64,000 nt of DNA from Desulfobacterales bacterium (GTDB lineage: Bacteria > Desulfobacterota > Desulfobacteria > Desulfobacterales > UBA2174), in contig CAXXWC010000001.1 of the NCBI GenBank assembly GCA_963668645.2, forward strand, positions 512,001-576,000. The letters run 5' to 3'. The notes below the pieces were generated by a model that did not search any database, was not told the DNA's origin, and saw nothing but the letters and a program-made list of their open reading frames with translations. Position 1 is the first letter of the stretch; every line of letters starts with the position of its first letter. Both the position numbers and the translations under genes were made by a program. This document shows, piece after piece, positions 57,445 through 64,000 of the stretch.

Positions 57445-59601
57445 CTACTCTTCTTTTTGCGGCAAAGAAGAAGCAGATCCGGCCAAGGATCGATGGGCCG
57501 CTACCATTTCAAGCAGCTCCGTAGCATAACGTTTCCCCTTCTTGCCGCCCAACCCCTTTATGGTGCGCAGTTCTTCGCTGGTCGCCGGCAGTTGAGCCGC
57601 GACGGCCGCCAGCACCTTGTTGGGCAGGATCATGAAGGCCGGCAGATCCTCCTCCCGGGCCTTGGCGTTGCGCCAGTCCTTGAGCCTCCGGTAAAGCTCG
57701 GAATTTTCGATCTCTGCGGTCTTTTCCAGCGTCTTGGCGGCCGGCTGCGACTCGGGGGCCGTTTCCTGCAGCAAGGCCCGGGAGCGGGCCTTGAGATAAT
57801 CGCCAAAAACGATCCCTTCGCGGCAACTCTCAAGACAGAAGCGCTTGGTCTGCGCCTCTTTGCAAGCGGCCGTAATGGCTGCCTCAAGGGCCTTGGCCAC
57901 TTCGCGGTTGTCGGTTTCAAAAGTCACGCCGTTCATGGGCCCGAGCACCAGCAGCTCGATTTGGCCAGCGAAATAGACCGCGGCCTTGCCGACCCGCTCT
58001 TGAAGATATGCACAGTCCTGTGGAATTTCGGCCGTCCGGGCGATGGCGTGCCGCTGGAAGCCGAATTTTTCGGCCACCAGGGCAACATGGAGATCGACCG
58101 CATCGAGAATCCGCTGAAAAACGTCCGCTTCCACGCCAACCAGGATCGATCGGTGGGCGCCGGCGATCTTCAAACAGGTCTTCAGAGCTCGTCGCAGCGC
58201 GGAAAAGTCGAAAAGCTCGTCCAGCAGGGACAGCTGGTAATCGCGCCGGGCCCGGCGAAGCCGTTCCTCGTCGGGGGCATCACGGGCCATCATCCTGTTG
58301 AAAGCCGCCACTTCGGTGTTGCTTTTTATACAGCGCCGTTCCAGAGGCGTGCTGAGCACCAACCCCTCAAGGGTCGTGCAGCGGCTCAGCGCCACGTAGA
58401 CCTGTCCATCGGCGAAAGCCTGGGCTGCATCGATGATGGCTCGCTCGAAAGTCAAACCCTGGCTCTTGTGGATCGTGATGGCCCAGGCCAGCTTGAGGGG
58501 GTACTGGGTGAAGGTGCCGGTTACGGTTTCCCGGATCTCGCGGGTTTCGGAATCAAGCGTGTACTGGATATTCTGCCATTCGGCCGTTTCGACCTCGATA
58601 GGCGCGCTGTCTTCGGGACATTCGACGATCAGCTTGTCCCGGCCGATGCGCACCAGCCGCCCGATCTTGCCGTTGAAGTAACGTTTTTCCGGGGAAGGAT
58701 CGTTTCTGACAAACATCACCTGAGCCCCGGGTTTGAGCACTAGTTCATCTACCGTGGGGAAGGCGTGGGCAGGAAACTCCCCCTGCACCGCCGCCTGAAA
58801 ACGCTTCTCGCCACCGGGCAGGGCCTTGAGGCGGCTGGCGTTGATTTTTTCCGCCCGCTGGTTGTGAGTTGTCAGGGTGATATATCCGGGCTGTCCCTGC
58901 TTGGCAAAAGCCGGATCCCAGCGCTGGTTGAGAGCCTCCAGGGTTGGACCGTCGATGCGGTTTTCGCGCACGCTTGCCAGCAGGTCGATAAAATCCTTAT
59001 CGCTCTGGCGATAGATGTGCTGCAGCTCGATGCTTACCATTCCGCTTCGGGCCAAGGCGCGGCTTCCGAAGAAAAAGACCGTCTCATAATGGTTGCGCAG
59101 CAGCTTCCATTCGTCTTCCTTGGCCACCGGCGCCAGTTGATGCAAGTCGCCGATCATTAACAGTTGGACCCCGCCGAAGGGGCTGTCACCGGGTCGAAAT
59201 CGGCGCAGCACGGCATCCACGCCGTCCAACAGGTCCGCCCGCACCATGCTGATCTCGTCGATGACCAAAAGATCGAGGCTGCGGATGATATCGATCTTCT
59301 GGCGGCTGAAACGAAACTGGCGGCCCGGCGGACGGACCGGTTCCAGCCGGTTGGCGGCCTCACTGCCGGGAGCCAGAGGACCGAAAGGCAATTGGAAAAA
59401 AGAGTGGATGGTGACCCCGCCGGCATTGACCGCCGCCACCCCGGTGGGGGCGACCACGATCATGCGCTTGGGCGTGCGTTGCTTGAGCGTGTGCAAAAAT
59501 GTGGTTTTGCCGGTACCGGCCTTGCCTGTAAGAAAAACATGGCGCCCGGTATGGGCGACAAAATCGTAGGCCAGGGCCAGCTCCCGGTTCTCGTCGGTCA
59601 T
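57445..59601 (-). CDS. PIF1/RecD-like SF1B helicase with C-terminal HRDC domain
   Basis: TGKAGTGKT, APTGVAA, IDEISM, GDLHQL, WAITIHKSQG, YVALSR; HRDC LYRRLKDWR...PAFMI. Confidence 0.9.
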   Translation of the reverse strand: MTDENRELALAYDFVAHTGRHVFLTGKAGTGKTTFLHTLKQRTPKRMIVVAPTGVAAVNAGGVTIHSFFQLPFGPLAPGSEAANRLEPVRPPGRQFRFSRQKIDIIRSLDLLVIDEISMVRADLLDGVDAVLRRFRPGDSPFGGVQLLMIGDLHQLAPVAKEDEWKLLRNHYETVFFFGSRALARSGMVSIELQHIYRQSDKDFIDLLASVRENRIDGPTLEALNQRWDPAFAKQGQPGYITLTTHNQRAEKINASRLKALPGGEKRFQAAVQGEFPAHAFPTVDELVLKPGAQVMFVRNDPSPEKRYFNGKIGRLVRIGRDKLIVECPEDSAPIEVETAEWQNIQYTLDSETREIRETVTGTFTQYPLKLAWAITIHKSQGLTFERAIIDAAQAFADGQVYVALSRCTTLEGLVLSTPLERRCIKSNTEVAAFNRMMARDAPDEERLRRARRDYQLSLLDELFDFSALRRALKTCLKIAGAHRSILVGVEADVFQRILDAVDLHVALVAEKFGFQRHAIARTAEIPQDCAYLQERVGKAAVYFAGQIELLVLGPMNGVTFETDNREVAKALEAAITAACKEAQTKRFCLESCREGIVFGDYLKARSRALLQETAPESQPAAKTLEKTAEIENSELYRRLKDWRNAKAREEDLPAFMILPNKVLAAVAAQLPATSEELRTIKGLGGKKGKRYATELLEMVAAHRSLAGSASSLPQKEE

Positions 59602-59687
59602 GGTTTTACCTTTGCAATTTGCCCGCTGCTGAATTAAGCAGGCGCATCGGATGATGGGTGCGGATCCTTTCCCGGATGGAGGCACTT

Positions 59688-60452
59688 ATGCAGTATACCC
59701 AGGCCATTACCCGCAAACCCGGCGCAAACTTTCACCAGGGGATCACCTCGATCCCCTGGGACCGGAGGCCGGACTACGCCCGAATCCTCGAACAGCATGC
59801 CGCTTATGTCAAGACGCTGGCTGACCTTGGCGTGGTTGTAACGGATCTGGCGCCCGAGCCGGATTTTCCGGATGCCTACTTCGTGGAGGATACGGCCGTC
59901 ATGCTGCCCGGGGCCGCCGTAGTGACGCGTCCGGGTGATCCGTCACGCCTGGGCGAGGCGCAACGGATCGCACCGGTGCTAAAAGCGTTTGTCAATCTGG
60001 ATTTTATCCACGAACCGGGTCTTGTGGACGGCGGGGATGTGCTGCAGGTGGAGGATCATTTTTTTATCGGACTGTCCGGCCGCACCAATGGTGAAGGGGC
60101 CCGCCAACTGGGCCGAATTGTGGAAAAGCATGGTTTTTCTTGGTCCACCGTAAAAGTAACGACAGCGCTTCATTTGAAAAGCAGGGTCAATTGCGTGGGC
60201 GACCGCACGCTTCTGCTCCAGGCCGCCTATGCCCGGGCGCCGGTCTTCGCCGACTATCGAAAAATCGTCGTCCCCTCCGAGGAGGCGCCGGCGGCCAATG
60301 TGCTGGCCATCAACGGCACCCTGCTGACCCCGGAAGGATTCCCCCGCACTCGAAAGGCACTTGAAGTGTTGGGCCGGCCCATTATCGAAATGGATATCAG
60401 CGAGGTCATGCTTATGGACGGCGGGTTAAGCTGCCTGTCGCTGCGATTTTAA
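59688..60452 (+). CDS. Dimethylarginine dimethylaminohydrolase / amidinotransferase family
   Basis: FPDAYFVED, DGGDVL, LHLKS, DGGLSCLS. Confidence 0.9.
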   Translation: MQYTQAITRKPGANFHQGITSIPWDRRPDYARILEQHAAYVKTLADLGVVVTDLAPEPDFPDAYFVEDTAVMLPGAAVVTRPGDPSRLGEAQRIAPVLKAFVNLDFIHEPGLVDGGDVLQVEDHFFIGLSGRTNGEGARQLGRIVEKHGFSWSTVKVTTALHLKSRVNCVGDRTLLLQAAYARAPVFADYRKIVVPSEEAPAANVLAINGTLLTPEGFPRTRKALEVLGRPIIEMDISEVMLMDGGLSCLSLRF

Positions 60453-60468
60453 TAAGAGACCATGGTCA

Positions 60469-61425
60469 TCAGGTGCCCCCGGCACCGCCACCACCGCCGC
60501 CGCCTGCGCCACCACCACCTGGGCCGCCACCGGCACCCCCCCCTGGACCGCCGCCGCCACCACCACCTGAGCCGCCCCCGGCACCACCACCGCCGGAGCC
60601 TGAACCGCCTCCTGAACCGGCGGCACCGGAGCCCTGCCCGCCTGCACTGACCTGACCGGCGCCCTGGGCTGTCCCGGTGCCTGAATGTGCGCTCTGTCCG
60701 AAAGCCTGGGCATACCCCCGCGCCAGCGCTTCAGGATTCGAGCCCGCACGCCGCGCGGACATCGCCTGGCGCGCCTGGCGCAGGGCATCGGCGTTGAGCC
60801 CCTGGGCCACGGCCCGGCTGACCACCTGAGCGATCCGGTCCGGCGCAATCCCCTGGCGGGCCATATCGCGTGCGGTCAACAGGGTCTCACGTGCCAGCAG
60901 CATCCCTTGCTCCGACTTCATTTGACGCGCCCGTGTTTCCAGCCGATCCACGACCATCGCCATGTTCTGATGGGTCAATCCCGCGGCCATCCCTGTAACC
61001 ATGATGTTTCCCAGAGCAGCCCGCTGCCGGTCGTCCGCAGTCAGACGGTGGGCCGTGGTATAGGCAAAAGCGTAGCGGTCGGCGACGTGATCCACGGCCC
61101 TGACCATCATGGCAGCGGTCGCCTGCTTGGCATATCCTTCCATCAGCTTGGCCGCCAGGGTCTCGGTAGGCAGCCCCTGCCGGTGGGCCGCAAGGATGGT
61201 TTGGTTAACGGCCTGCATCTGTTTGGAGCTGAAATTCGAGCGGATCATGGTCTGAACCGCTTTTTGCGCAATCTCGGGCGCCAACCCGGCCGCCACCAGC
61301 CCCTGAACCTGATTCTGTACCATCTGGCCATCCTGCTGGGTACCGTCGTCCGCCGCACCGGCACCATACAAGCCGGCAGGCAGCATCAAAATTCCTAGCA
61401 CGAGCATCAAAGCCATGTTTTTCAT
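60469..61425 (-). CDS. Exported helical protein with Gly-rich C-terminal tail
   Basis: Signal peptide, GAGGA SD, tail of about 60 aa rich in G/S/A/P. Confidence 0.8.
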   Translation of the reverse strand: MKNMALMLVLGILMLPAGLYGAGAADDGTQQDGQMVQNQVQGLVAAGLAPEIAQKAVQTMIRSNFSSKQMQAVNQTILAAHRQGLPTETLAAKLMEGYAKQATAAMMVRAVDHVADRYAFAYTTAHRLTADDRQRAALGNIMVTGMAAGLTHQNMAMVVDRLETRARQMKSEQGMLLARETLLTARDMARQGIAPDRIAQVVSRAVAQGLNADALRQARQAMSARRAGSNPEALARGYAQAFGQSAHSGTGTAQGAGQVSAGGQGSGAAGSGGGSGSGGGGAGGGSGGGGGGGPGGGAGGGPGGGGAGGGGGGGAGGT

Positions 61426-61470
61426 CGATCGAACCCTATCCTCAAAGCCGCAGTTGGTATTGTCCTTTAC

Positions 61471-61495
61471 AACGCAACCGAGCCGCGGAAGTTAC
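61471..61495 (-). promoter_or_regulatory. ECF-type promoter, copy 3
   Basis: GTAACT-N15-CGTT upstream of the Gly-tail gene. Confidence 0.75.
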
Positions 61496-61504
61496 AATCC
61501 CGTC

Positions 61505-61828
61505 TCAGGGCTGATGAATGCAGTTTTGCATCCCGAAATCGTCCGCCTGGCGGTAGCGGCAATCGGGCTGATAAACCTTGCCGTCGACAATATAAAAATA
61601 CTGGAATTCCCCGGTGGAAGGGACGCTGGCCGTCCAGGTCCCGAAAAAGCCCGGCGAGGCCGGGTGGCGCCGGAAGTCGTCCACCGAGGCGGCGATTTCG
61701 ACCTCGTGCGCCTCGGGTAGATAGAGGTAAAGCAGCGTATCCCCCGATCCAGTGGAACGATCTTGGTGGGTGGCGCATCCTAGCAGCCCGGCACCGAGCA
61801 GCGCGGCAAAGATCAAATTTCGGATCAT
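61505..61828 (-). CDS. Lipoprotein with CBM48/AMPK-type glycogen-binding domain
   Basis: Lipobox LLG-C; PEAHEVEIA, GTW, GEFQYFYIVDG, DDFG; ATGA overlap with the anti-sigma gene. Confidence 0.8.
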   Translation of the reverse strand: MIRNLIFAALLGAGLLGCATHQDRSTGSGDTLLYLYLPEAHEVEIAASVDDFRRHPASPGFFGTWTASVPSTGEFQYFYIVDGKVYQPDCRYRQADDFGMQNCIHQP

Positions 61829-62424
61829 ACGGCCTCGTCGATGCGGATAATGGTGTTTTCTCCGCCGAAATCGTCCTTTTCCCTCGAAGCAACAGTTGGA
61901 TCGGGCATCTGACGGCCATCTCCGGCAACAAAGCTGTAGCGATGCTCTCCGGCCGGAAGATCGACCGTCAGGGACCAGTAGCCACTGACGCCGGTCGGCT
62001 GCATGGGAACCGGAACCCACTGGGTAAAGGACCCCACGAGCTGAATCTGGCGGGCCGTCGGGTCGAACAAGACAAACCGGAAGGGCCGCTGCACCGCTGC
62101 GGGCGCCTTCGGATACAGCCCCCAAACTGCAGCTACGGAGATCATCACCACCAGGGTCAGGACCGCAGCGAATCCGGGCCGCCACCACCGCCACCAGGGG
62201 ACGGGCCCATTCCCGAAAAAGGACTGCCGGCCCTGCTGCATGCCCGGGACCGGCATCGGCGGCAGGGTAGCGACCGGGTCCTGGCGCAGCCGCTTTTCCT
62301 GGTTGAGCAGTGCAACCGCTTCGTCTTTGAGGACCACGTTCCCATGGACGGTTTGGACAAAGTCGATTTTTTCATCCAGATCGAGTTCATCGTCGATAAA
62401 CAGGCTGATCAGATAATCTTTCAT
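61825..62424 (-). CDS. Putative anti-sigma factor with one TM helix and an extracytoplasmic CBM48 domain
   Basis: LISLFIDDELD N-terminus, TM helix, QLVGSFTQW, GYWSL, LPAGEHRYSF, PDP, DDFGGEN. Confidence 0.85.
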   Translation of the reverse strand: MKDYLISLFIDDELDLDEKIDFVQTVHGNVVLKDEAVALLNQEKRLRQDPVATLPPMPVPGMQQGRQSFFGNGPVPWWRWWRPGFAAVLTLVVMISVAAVWGLYPKAPAAVQRPFRFVLFDPTARQIQLVGSFTQWVPVPMQPTGVSGYWSLTVDLPAGEHRYSFVAGDGRQMPDPTVASREKDDFGGENTIIRIDEAV

Positions 62425-62897
62425 GGTGTCTCCGCATCCAGGATCGCTCTGAGTTTGAGCCTTGCCCGGTGGACCTTGACCTTGACATTGGCCAGGCTGT
62501 TGCCGGTTAGCTCGGCGATCTGCTGGTAGGAAAGTCCGCTGGTGGCGGCCAGTGACAGAATATCCCGCTCCTCAACGTCAATCCGCTGCAAGACGGAAAG
62601 CAGGCGGCGGCATTCATCACGCGCCAGGAGTTGGGCCTCTGGATCTTGCCCATCTGCGTGGTCGTTCTCCTTGAATTCGGCGCCCTCTTTACCGCGGCGC
62701 ACATGATCGTAGAGCAGGTTACGGCCGATAACGAACAGCAGCGGTGCACTTGGTTCCCGCTCTGCATATCGTTCCAGATAGCGGGTAAAGGCCTCCTGGG
62801 TCAGGTCGGCCGCCAGCGGCGGATCTCCGGTGCGTCGCAGCAGGTACCCCATCAGCCGGCGGCCTTGGGTTTCGTAAAATTGGCGTAAATGCTTCAC
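62421..62897 (-). CDS. ECF RNA polymerase sigma factor
   Basis: ADLTQEAF, LFVIGRNLLYD, GLSYQQIAE, VKVKVHRAR; GTG 62897 chosen from the promoter position. Confidence 0.9.
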   Translation of the reverse strand: MKHLRQFYETQGRRLMGYLLRRTGDPPLAADLTQEAFTRYLERYAEREPSAPLLFVIGRNLLYDHVRRGKEGAEFKENDHADGQDPEAQLLARDECRRLLSVLQRIDVEERDILSLAATSGLSYQQIAELTGNSLANVKVKVHRARLKLRAILDAETP

Positions 62898-62908
62898 CTT
62901 AACCCGGA

Positions 62909-62933
62909 AACGGTTTTCAGCCGTTAAGGTTAC
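62909..62933 (-). promoter_or_regulatory. ECF-type promoter, copy 1 (autoregulatory)
   Basis: GTAACC-N15-CGTT directly before the sigma gene. Confidence 0.78.
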
Positions 62934-62973
62934 GTCACGATGAAAATATTTTTCCCAAAAAGCCACTTGGGCT

Positions 62974-62998
62974 GTAACCATCGACTTGGCTGAACGTT
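62974..62998 (+). promoter_or_regulatory. ECF-type promoter, copy 2 (divergent)
   Basis: GTAACC-N15-CGTT upstream of the repeat-protein gene. Confidence 0.78.
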
Positions 62999-63080
62999 AT
63001 CAGATCCAAACGCCACTGATGCATCGGGGCAACACTCGCTTTCGGTTTCGCAAAAACATTCAACCCAATGGAGGACAACC

Positions 63081-63545
63081 ATGCAACTCAAGACAAGACT
63101 GGTCAAGACCATCATCGTTCTTTCGGCGCTTCTGCTGCTGGCGGCCCCAGCCATGGCCGGCCATGGCCGGGGGCACGGCTATGGACCGGGCGACGGCACA
63201 GGCAACGGCGGTGTCGGGCCGGGTGACGGCACAGGCAACGGGCCGGGGGACTGCAGCCTGATCCAACCTGACAACGCACCCGCACTGCTGGCCCGCGGCG
63301 GAAACGGCAACGGTGGAAATGGACCGGGCGACGGCACAGGCAACGGCGGCGTCGGGCCCGGGGACGGCACAGGCAATGGGCCGGGCGACTGCAGCCTGAC
63401 CCAACCTGACAACGCACCCGCACTGCTGGCCCGCGGCGGAAACGGCAACGGTGGAAATGGACCGGGCGACGGAACGGGCAACGGCGGCGTCGGACCCGGG
63501 GACGGCACAGGCAATGGAGGACCGGGCGACTGCAGCCTGGCATAA
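63081..63545 (+). CDS. Exported Gly/Asn/Asp-rich repeat protein (GPGDGTGNGG repeats)
   Basis: GGAGGA SD, signal peptide ending APAMA, then 46-aa repeats. Confidence 0.85.
   Translation: MQLKTRLVKTIIVLSALLLLAAPAMAGHGRGHGYGPGDGTGNGGVGPGDGTGNGPGDCSLIQPDNAPALLARGGNGNGGNGPGDGTGNGGVGPGDGTGNGPGDCSLTQPDNAPALLARGGNGNGGNGPGDGTGNGGVGPGDGTGNGGPGDCSLA
63183..63539 (+). repeat. 138-nt coding tandem repeat, about 2.6 copies
   Basis: Units start at 63183, 63321 and 63459. Confidence 0.9.
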
Positions 63546-63700
63546 CCGGATCGAGCACTCAACCACCGGCAGTTGCGGTGCGCCTTTTGATGGGCGGATC
63601 GCTGACGGCGGTGGGCCGTTTCATGTCCAACGCGCCCACCGCCGGCCCGGCCGGCTTGCGTCACCTTTTCAGAACCCCGTCTGGTTTGTCGGTTATGAAA

Positions 63701-64000
63701 TTAATCTGGAGGCGCTGCAGGACTGCTGGTTTGTCGCGCCATGTAATCGTCCAGGGCCGCCCGCACGGCGGCGGCGGCCAGAAAAGCGCAATGCTGGTCG
63801 TCTTCCGGCAAGCCGCCTGTGCGTTCCAGAATCTGTTGACCTTCAAAATCGGCCAGATCTTCAAGGGACCGGTCCCAGACCATTTCGGCGGCAAACGAGC
63901 CGCAAATGACGCTCGGACCGCAGCCGTCGGTGACAAAGGAGGCCCGCACCACCCGGCCTTCAATGATTTTTAAAAAGATCTGCATCGTATCGCCGCAAGT
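63701..64000 (-). CDS. NifU/IscU N-terminal-like Fe-S scaffold protein, 5' end outside the window
   Basis: TCGDTMQIFL, TDGCGPS, GGLPEDDQHCAFLA. Confidence 0.88.
   Translation of the reverse strand, partial: TCGDTMQIFLKIIEGRVVRASFVTDGCGPSVICGSFAAEMVWDRSLEDLADFEGQQILERTGGLPEDDQHCAFLAAAAVRAALDDYMARQTSSPAAPPD

Noticed and set aside
60475..60680. CCG/CCA-rich tract as a microsatellite or Pro-rich plus-strand gene
   Set aside because: Explained by Gly codons of the minus-strand protein tail
63183..63539. Repeats as a CRISPR array, also considered for 30408-30725
   Set aside because: In-frame coding tandem repeats with no unique spacers and no cas genes

Overview
GC-rich bacterial chromosome segment. 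The gene content (tetrahaem cytochrome c3, stand-alone spdEFG1-type fusA, CoA-transferase-GNAT fusion) points to a sulfate-reducing Desulfobacterota, probably Desulfobacterales; this is an inference. About 57 CDS; no rRNA, tRNA or CRISPR array was seen. From left to right: a dynamin-like gene with two cation:proton antiporter-like genes, dat, ettA, csp and a PPIase; a sucrose synthesis/phosphorolysis cluster; slyD, rsmG, a CoA-transferase-like/GNAT fusion and fusA; a c3-nth-xth-NYN-hexokinase-MaoC string; an SPFH/zinc-ribbon module, sbcB and patB; a nitrogen module (KaiC-like-XRE-cupin regulator, gdhA, FMN glutamate synthase-family gene, GAF-ANTAR); a partly AT-rich, decaying surface-glycan locus with a group II intron relic; a type I secretion operon with two ABC genes; and an ECF sigma locus. 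Three observations stand out. (1) The ECF sigma / CBM48 anti-sigma / CBM48 lipoprotein locus carries three copies of one promoter, GTAACY-N15-CGTT, which defines a small regulon including two exported Gly-rich proteins. (2) A complete ANTAR dual-hairpin antiterminator sits upstream of the glutamate synthase-family gene, next to its likely GAF-ANTAR regulator. (3) The CoA-transferase-GNAT fusion has Gln in place of the catalytic Glu. All assignments come from reading motifs by eye; no database searches were run.
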